Notes: generated from the letters alone by a model not told the origin. 64,000 bases of DNA from Kaistella sp. (GCA_019459085.1 JAIBEW010000034.1:18767-82766), one strand, 5' to 3'; shown: positions 1 to 10,613, counted from the stretch's first letter. Numbers and translations are program-made.

Positions 1-1
1 G

Positions 2-883
2 CAAGGCCGGAATTTTGCCACCAAAATCTGGAATGCCTATCGCTTGATTCAGGGCTGGAACCGCGATGAAACCATTAAAGCCAACGATTCTGATAACCAG
101 GCCATCGAATGGTTTGGAAACCAAATGGACAAAACCGTTGGTGAAATTGCAGATCAGTTCGAGAAATTCAGGATTTCCGATGCGCTGCACCTCGTGTATA
201 AACTGATCTGGGATGATTTCTGTTCATGGTATCTGGAAGCGGTTAAACCCGGTTTTGGAGAGCCGATATCCGATGAAGTGTACCGAAAAACCATCGCTTA
301 TTTTGAGGAGTTAATGAAACTGCTTCACCCGTTCATGCCGTTTTTATCGGAAGAACTGTGGCAGAATATTTCGGAAAGAACGCCGGAAACCGCTTTGGTC
401 ATTACGCAGCAGAGAAAAGCAGGAACATTTGATAGGGATCTTGTAAAAAACTTTGAAGTTTCAAAGGAACTGATTTCTGGAGTAAGAAATTACCGTCAGA
501 GCAAAGGAATTTCTCCGCGTGAAAAGGTGGAAGTCTTTACAAATGCTGACTCCTTTAAAAATACAGCACTCGTAAAAAAGCTGGCGCATATCGAGGAAAT
601 TAATTTTTCCCAAAAAACCGACAAGCCGAGTTTTACCTTTCTGGTAGGTTCCAGCGAAATTTCAATTCCATTAAGTGAAAATCTGGATTTGGGTGAAGAA
701 AAACTCAAAACCGAAGAAGAAATTAAATATCTGAAAGGCTTTCTGATTTCGGTAGAAAAGAAACTCTTGAACGAAAAATTCATGGCGGGAGCACCGCAGC
801 AGGTGGTGGATAATGAACTGAAAAAGAAAAAAGACGCCGAAGACAAAATTGCTTTACTGGAAGAGAAAGTGAAAACCCTTTAA
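2..883 (+). CDS. valS: valine--tRNA ligase, C-terminal part (5' end lies outside the window)
   Basis: The frame is open from nt 2 (QGRNFATKIWNAYRL...). It has an anticodon-binding region (FCSWYLEAVKP, LHPFMPFLSEELWQ) and a C-terminal K/E-rich coiled coil typical of ValRS. Stop at 881-883. Confidence 0.9.
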   Translation, partial: QGRNFATKIWNAYRLIQGWNRDETIKANDSDNQAIEWFGNQMDKTVGEIADQFEKFRISDALHLVYKLIWDDFCSWYLEAVKPGFGEPISDEVYRKTIAYFEELMKLLHPFMPFLSEELWQNISERTPETALVITQQRKAGTFDRDLVKNFEVSKELISGVRNYRQSKGISPREKVEVFTNADSFKNTALVKKLAHIEEINFSQKTDKPSFTFLVGSSEISIPLSENLDLGEEKLKTEEEIKYLKGFLISVEKKLLNEKFMAGAPQQVVDNELKKKKDAEDKIALLEEKVKTL

Positions 884-897
884 TATCACATCCAAAA

Positions 898-1539
898 ATG
901 ACGCATATCGAAAATATTTCTAAGCTTTTCAGTAAAAATTTCATGGAAAGTCCGCTGCTGGAAACATTCGAAGCCGGAAAAATAAATCTTCCGACCGGAA
1001 GGCTGATTGCGTGTGATCCTTTGATCACAAACGATATGGCGGAATTTACGATTCATTTTCCGCAGGGTGAATTTCCGGTGTTGGTGCATAAAGAAAGAGA
1101 ATCCAACTGCATTGCGTACGTGGAAATTATTTTCGGTGATTCAAAAATTGCAGAGTGGAAAATGGCGACGACCGACGGCCAGCATCTGGAAGATCTGAAG
1201 GATGAAGAGATTTTTGGCTATCCTGTGGAAAGCGGAATGGGCTGTTTGATGGATTTTGAAACCCAGGAATGTCTCAATCATCTTGAAAACAGGCTGTTTC
1301 ACCGCAAGGGAGCAGATTTCATGGGGATTTACGAAGAGTTTTTTCATGAACATTTTTTTGATGAAAACGGAGCGATCGATCAATATGCATTCCTTAAACC
1401 CGATGATGAAAAACAGGGCAATATTTTTGCGTTCGAAACAGGTTATGGCGAAGGTTTTTATGCGAGTTATATCGGTTTTGATGAAGCAAATAATCCCATT
1501 AAAATCATTACTGAATTTATCGAAATCGGTATTGATTAA
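898..1539 (+). CDS. DUF4241-like hypothetical protein
   Basis: 213-aa ORF with an ATG start. The GRLIACDP motif and acidic C-terminal half resemble DUF4241, from memory only. Confidence 0.55.
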   Translation: MTHIENISKLFSKNFMESPLLETFEAGKINLPTGRLIACDPLITNDMAEFTIHFPQGEFPVLVHKERESNCIAYVEIIFGDSKIAEWKMATTDGQHLEDLKDEEIFGYPVESGMGCLMDFETQECLNHLENRLFHRKGADFMGIYEEFFHEHFFDENGAIDQYAFLKPDDEKQGNIFAFETGYGEGFYASYIGFDEANNPIKIITEFIEIGID

Positions 1540-1621
1540 AAACTGATCGGGCAATAAATATTCCGTAGATCTGCTTATTTAAAAGCCGATTCTTCAGGGG
1601 GCAGACAGCTTAAACTTATGC

Positions 1622-1658
1622 AGAGAATTTCAAATTTTTGAGATTCTCTTTTATTTTT
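1622..1658 (+). terminator. Rho-independent terminator after the DUF4241-like gene
   Basis: The stem agagaat (1622-1628) pairs with attctct (1643-1649) and can extend by 2 bp. A T-rich run (ttttatttttt) follows. Confidence 0.5.
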
Positions 1659-1661
1659 AAA

Positions 1662-1669
1662 TACATTTG
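1662..1669 (+). promoter_or_regulatory. Bacteroidota -7 box (TAcaTTTG)
   Basis: Matches TAnnTTTG and ends 15 nt upstream of the ATG at 1684. No clear -33 TTG was seen. Confidence 0.3.
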
Positions 1670-1683
1670 ATTTTTTAACACGA

Positions 1684-2526
1684 ATGAATACTTTCACCCT
1701 TCAAACGGACGATCACTTTGAAATTACCACAACCCTTTTTGAGCCAGAAATTGCTGACGGAAGAGTGCTGCTCATTAATTCCGCTACAGGCGTGAAACAG
1801 CAGATTTACTACTCTTTTGCCACTTTTATGGCAGAAAATGGCTTTACTGTTCTCACTTATGATTACCGCGGAATTGGATTGTCGAAACCCAAAAAAATGA
1901 AAGGTTTCAACGCATCCATGCGGATTTGGGGAACGCTGGATTACAAAGCCATGACCGATTACCTCCAAAAGGAATTTCCCGCTTACCGGAAATTTTGTCT
2001 CGGACATTCTGTTGGCGCGCTGATTTTGGGAATGAATGAGGACTCCGCAATTTTCGAAAAATTTATTTTTGTTGGAACTCAGGATGCTTACATCGGTCAT
2101 TTGGATTTCAAAGTAGCCGTAACCGCGGCTTTGGGCTTCGGAATTGCCCTTCCGGTGGCTTCCCATCTCTTGGGATATTTTCCGGCGCACTGGTTTGGGT
2201 TGGGCGAAACTCTGCCGAAAGGTACCGCACTGGACTGGCGGACATTAATTCTAAATAAAAAATCAACAAGCCGGCTTTTTGAAAAAACAGGAGACGACCA
2301 TTCCAAAAGTTTAACACAGGCAAGTTTTGTGATTCACGCCGAAGACGATCCATGGGTGACGGTAAAAGGCATGGAAAGCCTGATGAATACCGGTTATCCC
2401 AATTTAAAGAAGACCTACCGTGAAATAAAAGTGTCGGAATCGGAAAAAGGGGAGATAGGTCACATCAATTTTTTCAGAAGTTTTAATAGAAATCTTTGGA
2501 AAATAGTGTTGGATCAGTTAATTTAA
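1684..2526 (+). CDS. alpha/beta-fold hydrolase
   Basis: 280 aa with a GHSVGA nucleophile elbow (G-x-S-x-G) and overall alpha/beta hydrolase layout. Confidence 0.75.
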   Translation: MNTFTLQTDDHFEITTTLFEPEIADGRVLLINSATGVKQQIYYSFATFMAENGFTVLTYDYRGIGLSKPKKMKGFNASMRIWGTLDYKAMTDYLQKEFPAYRKFCLGHSVGALILGMNEDSAIFEKFIFVGTQDAYIGHLDFKVAVTAALGFGIALPVASHLLGYFPAHWFGLGETLPKGTALDWRTLILNKKSTSRLFEKTGDDHSKSLTQASFVIHAEDDPWVTVKGMESLMNTGYPNLKKTYREIKVSESEKGEIGHINFFRSFNRNLWKIVLDQLI

Positions 2527-2530
2527 TCCG

Positions 2531-3178
2531 ATGGAAAATGTATTGACCCAAACCGTTGCATTCGTAAAGCAGAAAATGGAAGGCGCCGAAGCCGGCCACG
2601 ACTGGTTTCATATTGAAAGAGTCTGGAAACTCTCAAAAAATATCGCGGCAACTGAAGACTGTGACCTTTTGGTTGTGGAACTCTCAGCGCTTCTGCACGA
2701 TATTGCCGATCCTAAATTCCACGGCGGCGACGAAACTCTGGCTTTGAAGATTTCCCGTAAATTTCTCGAAAGTCAGGGCATTTCTGAGGAAATAATCGGT
2801 CAGGTGCTTTTCATCATCCAAAATATTTCCTTTAAAAACCGCGGCGAAACAACCGGAAACCTTCCGGTGGAATTAAAAATCGTGCAGGATGCAGACCGGC
2901 TGGATGCGATAGGAGCCATCGGAATTGCGAGGACTTTTAATTTTGGGGGATTTAAGAATAACCTGATGTTTCACCCAGATATTCCGTCTAAACTCAATAT
3001 GACTAAGGAGGAATACAAAAAAAACGAAGGCACTACGATCAATCATTTTTACGAAAAACTGCTGCTGCTGAAGGATATGATGAACACCCAAAAAGGAAAG
3101 AAACTTGCTGAAAAAAGGCACCGTTTTATGCTGGAGTTCCTCGAAGAGTTTCATGCGGAATGGAATGCAGAAGTGTAG
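2531..3178 (+). CDS. HD-domain phosphohydrolase
   Basis: 215 aa. It has H..HD metal-binding motifs (HDWFHIERV, LLHDIADPKF, DADRLDAIGAIG), as in YedJ-like HD proteins. Confidence 0.8.
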   Translation: MENVLTQTVAFVKQKMEGAEAGHDWFHIERVWKLSKNIAATEDCDLLVVELSALLHDIADPKFHGGDETLALKISRKFLESQGISEEIIGQVLFIIQNISFKNRGETTGNLPVELKIVQDADRLDAIGAIGIARTFNFGGFKNNLMFHPDIPSKLNMTKEEYKKNEGTTINHFYEKLLLLKDMMNTQKGKKLAEKRHRFMLEFLEEFHAEWNAEV

Positions 3179-3236
3179 AGAACCGTTTCAGTAGTTTTGC
3201 TGCAGATTCAAAATCAAAAATCTTATCTTTGCTCTC

Positions 3237-3827
3237 ATGGGTTATATTGCTTTCGTTCTTTGTATCGCGCTTTTTTTTGCACTGGCACTCGTTTTTATCA
3301 GAAGAGGACGTTTTGTTCTGACAGCACGACTGTTGAGGTTTTTTATTGTGGTGGTGTCGGTCGCTGTTTTTACATTCTGGTTTATCCGAAGCAGCATGAC
3401 TCAGTTTCAGGAAAATGCGATGGTCATTCAGGTCATCAATAAACTGCCGCAACCCATCGATTTTTACATCATTAAAAAGAACTCAACAGGTGAAGATCTG
3501 CAGTTTACGTTAAAGCATACCGGAAAAATCCGTCCGGAACATTACCGCATAGACTATCTGAATATGAAAAACTCCGGTGAGTACTGGATTGCAGGATATT
3601 TAGGCAAAAAAAACCTCGTGTATTTCTCCCGTCATCCTGTGCCGAATAAAAACATGGATCAGATTGTTGAAGTTGAAAATTACGTGAATCAGAACCTGAA
3701 TCTTTCCAGAATTGCGGTTGATGAAATTTCAGCGTACAGGGACGAAATCACTCACACTTCCATTTGGATCTGCCTCGATTTGCTTTTGCTTTTTCTGAAC
3801 ATCGTGCTGCTCATCCGGAAAAGATAA
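3237..3827 (+). CDS. hypothetical membrane protein
   Basis: 196 aa. Two N-terminal hydrophobic helices and one C-terminal helix. No family recognised. Confidence 0.5.
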   Translation: MGYIAFVLCIALFFALALVFIRRGRFVLTARLLRFFIVVVSVAVFTFWFIRSSMTQFQENAMVIQVINKLPQPIDFYIIKKNSTGEDLQFTLKHTGKIRPEHYRIDYLNMKNSGEYWIAGYLGKKNLVYFSRHPVPNKNMDQIVEVENYVNQNLNLSRIAVDEISAYRDEITHTSIWICLDLLLLFLNIVLLIRKR

Positions 3828-3835
3828 TTCAAAAA

Positions 3836-3861
3836 AAGAACGCCAATAAGTTGACGTTCTT
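3836..3861. terminator. bidirectional hairpin terminator between convergent genes
   Basis: The stem aagaacg (3836-3842) pairs with cgttctt (3855-3861). An A7 run lies on the left, which is a T-run for the minus-strand operon. T-rich sequence lies on the right. Confidence 0.5.
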
Positions 3862-3903
3862 TCTGTATAAAAACCATTGGCTTTTGAAGTGAATCAGCCC
3901 AGG

Positions 3904-5109
3904 TTATTTTTTATCTTTCTTCTCCTTTAAAGCTTCTTTGTCTTTATCTGACGGATTCCAGACTTTAATCTCTGAATCTTTTGTGATGTTTGAACCGGGA
4001 AGGATCTGAACATTGATGCCGTCTGAAGCACCGAGTTTTACATTCCTTTTCTTGAATTTTCCGTCCGGCTGTTTAACTTCCACAAAAGCCTGGTCTTTCC
4101 CATTCACTTTTTCATACTGAATCAAAGATTCATCCAGAAGGAGTGCGTTTTTCTGTGAACTCAGAATAATTTCACCGTTCGCGGAAAATCCTGCTCTGAT
4201 GTATTCATTGGTTTTGTTATAAACGTCCCCTTCGATCGGGAATTTTATGGTTCCGTTCTCATCCTTGCCTTTAGGTGCGATCATCGTTACGCGTCCCGGA
4301 AATGATTTGTTCTGAAGTGCTCCGATCACGACATTCATATTCATGCCTTCTTTCAGTTTTCCCGCCTGCGCTTCGTCGATGGTCCCTTCAAAAATAAGGG
4401 AATTAAGGTCCGCAATCGAGCAGATGGTGGTTCCGGCGTTGAAGGAATTGGCTTCAATCACCTGACTTCCTACTTTCACAGGAACTTCAAGCACCGTTCC
4501 GTTGGCTTTTGAACGGATTTGAGTCGTGGCAAGACTTGCGAGTTCAGGAGTGGCGCCCGTTCTGGCGATCTGCAGGTTCTTTTGTGCGGTCTGAAGCTGC
4601 TGCTGCGCATTTCTGAAAACCTGCTGTGTCGACTGCAGTTGCTGCTGAGCATTGATGTATTCCTGTTTCGAGATCACGCCTTGGGTGTAGAGCCGCTGCT
4701 GCATTGCAAACTGCTGCTGCTGATTATCGATATTGATTCTTGCGTTGCTGATCTGCAGATTGGCGTTGTTGATTTCCTGCTGCGCTGCATTCACGTTCTG
4801 CACGCTCGGTACAATTCTTAAAGTCGCGACCAGTTGCCCTGCGGAAACCTGATCGCCTTCGGAAACCAGAATTTTATCGATGATTCCGGACATATTGGGT
4901 TTGATCTCAATTTCTTCGCGCGGTACAATTTTCCCGGTGGCCATCACCTTGTCATCCAGATTTTGAACCGTTGGTCTTTTGGTCAGGAAGCTTTCGCTTT
5001 CGGTGGTATTGGATTTAACCAGATACATGATTCCGGAGATCAGAGCCGCAGCAAAGAGGAGTCCCAGAAAAATATAGAGTGCTTTTTTCCAGGTGAATTT
5101 CTTTTTCAT
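3904..5109 (-). CDS. efflux transporter periplasmic adaptor subunit (HlyD/MacA family)
   Basis: 401 aa. N-terminal TM anchor, long Q-rich coiled-coil hairpin, and beta-barrel/lipoyl-like regions typical of membrane fusion proteins. It sits in an operon with FtsX permeases and an ATPase. Confidence 0.85.
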   Translation of the reverse strand: MKKKFTWKKALYIFLGLLFAAALISGIMYLVKSNTTESESFLTKRPTVQNLDDKVMATGKIVPREEIEIKPNMSGIIDKILVSEGDQVSAGQLVATLRIVPSVQNVNAAQQEINNANLQISNARINIDNQQQQFAMQQRLYTQGVISKQEYINAQQQLQSTQQVFRNAQQQLQTAQKNLQIARTGATPELASLATTQIRSKANGTVLEVPVKVGSQVIEANSFNAGTTICSIADLNSLIFEGTIDEAQAGKLKEGMNMNVVIGALQNKSFPGRVTMIAPKGKDENGTIKFPIEGDVYNKTNEYIRAGFSANGEIILSSQKNALLLDESLIQYEKVNGKDQAFVEVKQPDGKFKKRNVKLGASDGINVQILPGSNITKDSEIKVWNPSDKDKEALKEKKDKK

Positions 5110-5168
5110 ATGATTAGTTTATTTTTTACTGTTACTATTTTTTTATTTTTTTGAGATCGTTCCCAATT

Positions 5169-6437
5169 TTATTCGCTTCTAAGCGCCTCAATCGGCCGGA
5201 TTTTCACGGCTCTCTGTGCGGGAATCATCCCGATGATGAGTCCGAGAATGACCATAACCGCCATCGCGCCGAAAACTTCGCCGTAATTTACGGTAGGGTT
5301 ATAAAAAGGAAATTCGTCCTGGTTCCGCGTAAATTTATCAACAATCATCAACAGAAAAATTCCGCAGATGAAACCTAAAATTCCAGAACTTAAGGTGATC
5401 ACAACACTTTCCAGCAAAATCTGGTTCCGCACTTCGGCAGGTTTGGCGCCTAAAGCGCGTCGGATTCCGATTTCTTTCGTTCTTTCCTTCACCGTAATGA
5501 GCAGAATATTCGAAATGGCGATAACTCCTGCTAAAATAGTCAGCGTACCTACAATAATGGTCAAAAGCTGCATACCGGTCAGAAATCCTGTAAGTTTACT
5601 GAATTCTTTACCGAGATTAAAACTTCCAAAAGCATTGGTATCTTCGGGCGAAACATTGTATTTTTTCTTCAGTTCCGTTTTCACGCGTTCCTCTACAACG
5701 GCAAGATCCGCATTCGGCTTACTCACAATGGCGAAAAAACCGACTTTATCGCCATCATTGTACATTTTGGTAAATGTGGAAAGTGGGATATAGGAAGACT
5801 GGTCATTTTCCATTCCGCCACCTTTTTTCACGCGGAATACCCCGATGACATTGAAAAAGAGGCCTTTTACAGTGACAGATTTTCCGATTGGGTTTTCGTT
5901 TTTCTTCGCATCGAAGAAGTTTTTGTAAATTTCTTCACCAATCACGATGACATTTTTATTTTCGTTAATGTCGGCATCATTCAGATACCTTCCGAAGATC
6001 AGTTTTTTCTGGGAAATCTTGTTGCCGATCGGGTAATCGCCGTTCAGCGTATACGTTGCGTTTTTTCCGTTCCGAGAAAAAGATTCTCCGGGACTGCCGA
6101 AATTCCCCCGTGAATTCTGAGGAGAAATATAATCAATGTCCGGAATTTTATTCGGAAGCATGTCGAGGTCACTTAAATGCAGATTCATCTGTCTTCCTTT
6201 TGGAAAACCGTCGTACGGAATGGTCGTGTTCTGCGCCCACAGGAAGATGGAATTGGTGGCAAACCCCGAAAATATTTTGTCGAAACCGTTTTCCATGCCT
6301 TTTGCCGCTCCAAGAAGCGCTACAAACAGGAACATTCCCCAACCGACACCAATCATGGTGAGGAAAGTCCGGAGTTTATTATTCCGTAAAGAATGATAAA
6401 TCTCCTGCCATGTATCTATTTTGAAAATAATGTTCAT
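5169..6437 (-). CDS. ABC transporter permease, MacB/FtsX-like
   Basis: 422 aa. N-terminal TM, large periplasmic domain and a C-terminal FtsX 3-TM bundle (KERTKEIGIRRALGA motif). Confidence 0.85.
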   Translation of the reverse strand: MNIIFKIDTWQEIYHSLRNNKLRTFLTMIGVGWGMFLFVALLGAAKGMENGFDKIFSGFATNSIFLWAQNTTIPYDGFPKGRQMNLHLSDLDMLPNKIPDIDYISPQNSRGNFGSPGESFSRNGKNATYTLNGDYPIGNKISQKKLIFGRYLNDADINENKNVIVIGEEIYKNFFDAKKNENPIGKSVTVKGLFFNVIGVFRVKKGGGMENDQSSYIPLSTFTKMYNDGDKVGFFAIVSKPNADLAVVEERVKTELKKKYNVSPEDTNAFGSFNLGKEFSKLTGFLTGMQLLTIIVGTLTILAGVIAISNILLITVKERTKEIGIRRALGAKPAEVRNQILLESVVITLSSGILGFICGIFLLMIVDKFTRNQDEFPFYNPTVNYGEVFGAMAVMVILGLIIGMIPAQRAVKIRPIEALRSE

Positions 6438-6637
6438 TTAAGATCAATTTTTTGCATTGCAAATTGAGTGTGCTCTGCAGTGATTTTTTTAGTCAATTGT
6501 TGAACAGATGATTTCGCAGCATTAATCAGTTCGGCAATAGTATAAATGTTGATTTCAATGGTTTCCCTAATTTGTTAACCTTTTAACCGGTTAAGTGGTT
6601 CACCTTCACTGCGAAGCGAAGCAATGCACCCCATTCG

Positions 6638-7867
6638 CTATTCCGCACGCAGCGCTTCAATCGGTTTTATTTTACTTGCCCGGAACGCCGGAACAAAGCC
6701 CGCAACAACTCCTGAAATAACAAGACTAATAAACGCGGCAATAATCAGTCCCCATCCAACGGACGGATCTTTGATGAAATATTTTTCCAGACTGTCGCCA
6801 ATCAGTTCCAGAGACAAAACGCCGAGACCAACTCCGATAAATCCTGAAATTACCGTAATCACAACGCTTTCCTGCATAATAAGACCTACGATCGCGCTCG
6901 GTTTGGCACCGATGGCTTTCCGAACACCTATTTCCTGGGTTCTTTCCTTTACGATATACACCATGATATTGCTGATGCCGATGATTCCGGCAAGCAAAGT
7001 TCCCATTCCGATAAAGCCTACGATCAGCGTGATGATAAATAAAAACTGGAATGTTTCACCCATGTTTTTGGCATTGTTCCGCACCACAATCGCATTTTCG
7101 TCGTCCGGAGAAATCTTGTTCTTTACTTTGAGCTCCTTCTGAAGCTGGTCTCCGTATTTGATGGCTTCCTCAGGCGAAAGAGCGGTATTATAAGTGATGA
7201 AAATATTGCTTACCGTATCGGAGCCTTTTTTCATCTGCTGAAGCGTGGTAATGGGAACAGTGATCATCCTTTCATCCCAGTCGCCGCCGTCATCAGAAAA
7301 AACACCTACCACTTTAAACATCGTTCCGTTGATTTCCAGATCTTTGCCGACAGGGCTGCCGTTTTTGATGAGGTCACGCTGCACCATTCTGCCAATGACC
7401 GCCACATTCTGTTTGCGGTTCATGTCGAGACTGTTGAGGTAACGGCCTTCTGTAAGTTTACGGTTTTCGATGATTTTTTCCTCGGGATTGGCGCCGCTGA
7501 TCTGGTAACTTCCGCTTTCTTTGCCGTATTTCACCGTCAGATTGGCGGAATATCTCGCGGTTGAATTTTCTACTTTGTCCGGATCGGAACTGATGGCCTG
7601 CTCGTAATCATCGTTTTTGAGGACAACTCTACGGTCAGCCTGCAGTCCACCGTATGCGATGGTTGTTTTCCCGCTGAAAATAGTAATGAGATTGGTCGCA
7701 TCTCTCGCGAAGCCTTCGGTAAAAGCATTTTTAAGACCGGTCCCGATTCCGAACAGCACAATGAAAATATACAGTCCGAGTGCTACCGTAAAACCGGACA
7801 ATACCGTCCGAAGCACATTGCTCCGGATTGATTCAAAAATTTCTCTCCAACGGTCTATATCAAACAT
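6638..7867 (-). CDS. ABC transporter permease, MacB/FtsX-like (paralogue)
   Basis: 409 aa with the same architecture as the neighbour (KERTQEIGVRKAIGA motif). Confidence 0.85.
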   Translation of the reverse strand: MFDIDRWREIFESIRSNVLRTVLSGFTVALGLYIFIVLFGIGTGLKNAFTEGFARDATNLITIFSGKTTIAYGGLQADRRVVLKNDDYEQAISSDPDKVENSTARYSANLTVKYGKESGSYQISGANPEEKIIENRKLTEGRYLNSLDMNRKQNVAVIGRMVQRDLIKNGSPVGKDLEINGTMFKVVGVFSDDGGDWDERMITVPITTLQQMKKGSDTVSNIFITYNTALSPEEAIKYGDQLQKELKVKNKISPDDENAIVVRNNAKNMGETFQFLFIITLIVGFIGMGTLLAGIIGISNIMVYIVKERTQEIGVRKAIGAKPSAIVGLIMQESVVITVISGFIGVGLGVLSLELIGDSLEKYFIKDPSVGWGLIIAAFISLVISGVVAGFVPAFRASKIKPIEALRAE

Positions 7868-7906
7868 ATTATTTAAGAATCAGGATTAAATGATCTTGAA
7901 TTTTTT

Positions 7907-8599
7907 TTAAACTAAAACCCTTTGGGTAATGAATTTGTCACTCTCGATGATGCCGTCTTTCAGGATGACGTTTCTCTTCGTTTCCGCTGCCACGTCGGGT
8001 TCATGGGTCACGACGATGATGGTTTTTCCCCCGCGGTTGATTTCCTGCAGAAGTTTCATGATATCGTACGTGGTTTTTGAATCCAGCGCGCCGGTTGGCT
8101 CATCGGCAAGGATGATTTTTGGATTCGTGATTAAAGCTCTTGCGATGGCCACCCTCTGTTTCTGTCCGCCCGAAAGTTCATTCGGCAGGTGAGTGGCCCA
8201 TTCCGCAATCCCCACTTTTTCCAGATATTCCATAGCCCTTTGGTTGCGTTCTTTTCGCGGAACGTCTTGGTAGTAGAGTGGTAGGGCAACATTTTCAAGA
8301 GCGGTTTTGTATCCGATGAGGTTGAAGGACTGGAAAATAAATCCCAGAAACTTACTGCGGTATTCGGCTGATTTTACTTCCGAAAGATCTTCAATAGGAA
8401 TTCCATCCAGCTTGTAAACACCCGAATCTTTTTCGTCCAGGATCCCGATGATGTTCAGCAAAGTGGATTTTCCGGAACCGGAACTTCCCATAATCGAAAC
8501 AAATTCGCCTTCTTCAATATTCAGGTTGATGCCTTTCAGCACATGAAGCTTGCTCTTTCCGGTGTCATAGGATTTATGGAGGTTCTCAATAACTAACAT
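7907..8599 (-). CDS. ABC transporter ATP-binding protein (MacB/LolD-type)
   Basis: 230 aa. Walker A GSSGSGKST, signature LSGGQKQR, Walker B ILADEPTGALD. Confidence 0.9.
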   Translation of the reverse strand: MLVIENLHKSYDTGKSKLHVLKGINLNIEEGEFVSIMGSSGSGKSTLLNIIGILDEKDSGVYKLDGIPIEDLSEVKSAEYRSKFLGFIFQSFNLIGYKTALENVALPLYYQDVPRKERNQRAMEYLEKVGIAEWATHLPNELSGGQKQRVAIARALITNPKIILADEPTGALDSKTTYDIMKLLQEINRGGKTIIVVTHEPDVAAETKRNVILKDGIIESDKFITQRVLV

Positions 8600-9013
8600 G
8601 GGCGAATTGGTTTCATGAATAAGTATTCAAAAGAAAAAAAATGTTACAGAACTGGTGCTTTTAATTGTCCTTTGTGTGTTTAATAAAATTTTATTGGTTT
8701 TAAAGCATTTTCGAAGGAACTGTTTAATATTTTTAGGTATAAAGTACCGCTAATTGGCAAAGCCGGAATTTAAATGTGGTGGTAAAGCCGCGTCTGTGTA
8801 ATTGTGGAAAACTTTTGCGGCTTAAAGTCAGTTATTTAATATTTACACCTTTCGGAAGTGATGTGGATTTTCTACATTTGTGATTCGCGCTTCAGGAATA
8901 TTTTTAACAGTTTTGCGGACAGACAAACGGATTAAATGCCATTCAGTCAGCACGTTAAGAGTATTTCTTTTTATCAGCCAAAATCATTAACCAGAAAACA
9001 GAAAAAATAAAGG

Positions 9014-9988
9014 ATGGGAATTTTTGAAAAGAGAATCAGTTACAAGCCGTTTGAATATCCAGAGATTATGCAGTTCGTAGAGGCCATCAACAAATCATTT
9101 TGGGTGCATTCCGAAGTGGATTTTACGGCCGATGTGCAGGATTTTCAGTCGCAGCTGGAACCACACGAGAAAAATGCCATCAAAAACGCCCTTCTTGCCA
9201 TTGCCCAGATCGAGGTATCGGTAAAGACTTTTTGGGGAAATCTTTATAACCATATGCCCAAACCGGAACTCAACGGACTTGGAGCTACTTTTGCAGAATG
9301 CGAATTCAGGCATTCCGAGGCCTACTCCAGATTGCTGGAAGTGTTGGGCTATAACGATGCGTTTTCCCATGTTGTGGAAATTCCGGCCATTAAAAAAAGG
9401 ATCGATTTCCTGACCAATGTGTTGAAACATGCGAATTCTACGACTCCGAAAGAATATGTGTCGTCGTTGCTGCTTTTCAGTATTCTCATAGAAAACGTAT
9501 CTCTTTTCTCCCAGTTCGCGATTATTCTTTCGTTCACGCGCTTCAAGGGTTATATGAAAAATGTGTCGAACATCATCGCCTGGACTTCAGTTGATGAGCA
9601 GATTCACGCCAACGCCGGAATCTACTTGATCAACAAGATCCGCGAAGAACAGCCAGACCTTCTCACCGATTCTGACCTTGAAGATATTTATACTTTGGTA
9701 GACCATTCTATTTTATTGGAAGAAGAAATCATCGACTGGATTTTTGAACTGGGCGAAATCGACAATTTCACGAAAGAGGATCTTCTGAACTTTATGAAGT
9801 ACCGTGTTGATGACAGTCTGAAAAAGATCAACATGAAAACCCGCTACAACATCACGCCGGAACAGTACCGACCGATGATCTGGTTCGAGGAAGAGGTTTT
9901 TGCCAATTCCATGGATGATTTCTTCGCCAAAAGGCCGGTGGATTATACGAAACACGACAAAAGTATTACGGAAAATGATTTGTTTTAA
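9014..9988 (+). CDS. nrdB: ribonucleotide reductase beta subunit (class I, no ATP-cone)
   Basis: 324 aa with a ferritin-like R2 fold. Motifs include FWVHSEVDF, ECEFRHSEAY, VDEQIHANAG and a C-terminal acidic tail ending DLF. Confidence 0.9.
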   Translation: MGIFEKRISYKPFEYPEIMQFVEAINKSFWVHSEVDFTADVQDFQSQLEPHEKNAIKNALLAIAQIEVSVKTFWGNLYNHMPKPELNGLGATFAECEFRHSEAYSRLLEVLGYNDAFSHVVEIPAIKKRIDFLTNVLKHANSTTPKEYVSSLLLFSILIENVSLFSQFAIILSFTRFKGYMKNVSNIIAWTSVDEQIHANAGIYLINKIREEQPDLLTDSDLEDIYTLVDHSILLEEEIIDWIFELGEIDNFTKEDLLNFMKYRVDDSLKKINMKTRYNITPEQYRPMIWFEEEVFANSMDDFFAKRPVDYTKHDKSITENDLF

Positions 9989-10177
9989 GGAAGGAAGCAG
10001 TGAGTAGGAATTAGGAGACGGGAAGTAGGATTTAGGAAGTAGGAAGGTGGGCGAGCGAAGCGAGCGCCAGTGTTTTCAAGAAATTATCAATAGGAGCGGG
10101 CTTTAGTCCGTTTATTGAAAATGAATAGAGATCGGCTTTAGCCAAAACTTATTAGAGAATTTAGAATACCCAAACAA

Positions 10178-10245
10178 AAAGTTCCGCAGGAACTTTATCT
10201 GTGTAGCAGAATGGAAAGGGGTGATGAAGCGTTCCGTAGGAACGC
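10178..10245. repeat. pair of related GTTCC-GNA-GGAAC hairpins (REP-like)
   Basis: The first is aaagttcc gca ggaacttt (10178-10196). The second is gcgttcc gta ggaacgc (10229-10245). They lie 50 nt apart in the nrdB-nrdA spacer. Confidence 0.6.
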
Positions 10246-10274
10246 CATCTGAAAAAATCAATAGACCGTAAATC

Positions 10275-10613
10275 ATGATCAACATCAATGTTTCCTACAG
10301 GATAAAGCCCGAATTTGCAGAAACCAACAGAAAAAATATTGAGCTTTTTCTGGAATCTTTCCGCGAACTCGATTACACAAAGTTCAGGTATCAGGTTTTT
10401 GTGGAAGAAGACGGACTCACGTTTTACCACCATTCTGCCTATGCGAATGAGGAAATTCAGAAACAGCTTCTGGAGATGCCCCTATTTCTGGAGTTCCAGT
10501 GTCAGCGGGATGAAAACCTTGACGGTAATCCGGAAATTAAAGTCTTAAAATTCCAGGGCTCCGCCGGAAGTTTCGACAATATCTTCGGGAATTTTGACGC
10601 ACCGGAAATTTAG
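10275..10613 (+). CDS. hypothetical small protein between nrdB and nrdA
   Basis: 112-aa ORF with an ATG start and non-repetitive composition. It may be a small alpha+beta protein. No family recognised. Confidence 0.4.
   Translation: MININVSYRIKPEFAETNRKNIELFLESFRELDYTKFRYQVFVEEDGLTFYHHSAYANEEIQKQLLEMPLFLEFQCQRDENLDGNPEIKVLKFQGSAGSFDNIFGNFDAPEI

Noticed and set aside
6438-6637. 200-nt gap between the two FtsX permease genes as a possible small gene or regulatory RNA
   Set aside because: No ORF or convincing structure was found. It contains only a short cactgcgaagcgaagcaatgc fragment related to the C-core words.
8600-9013. Riboswitch (B12) or NrdR boxes upstream of nrdB
   Set aside because: I could not find a B12-box-like core or paired NrdR-type palindromes by eye. 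Only a TAcaTTTG box (8873-8880) and an aagccgc...gcggctt hairpin were seen, which is too weak to call.
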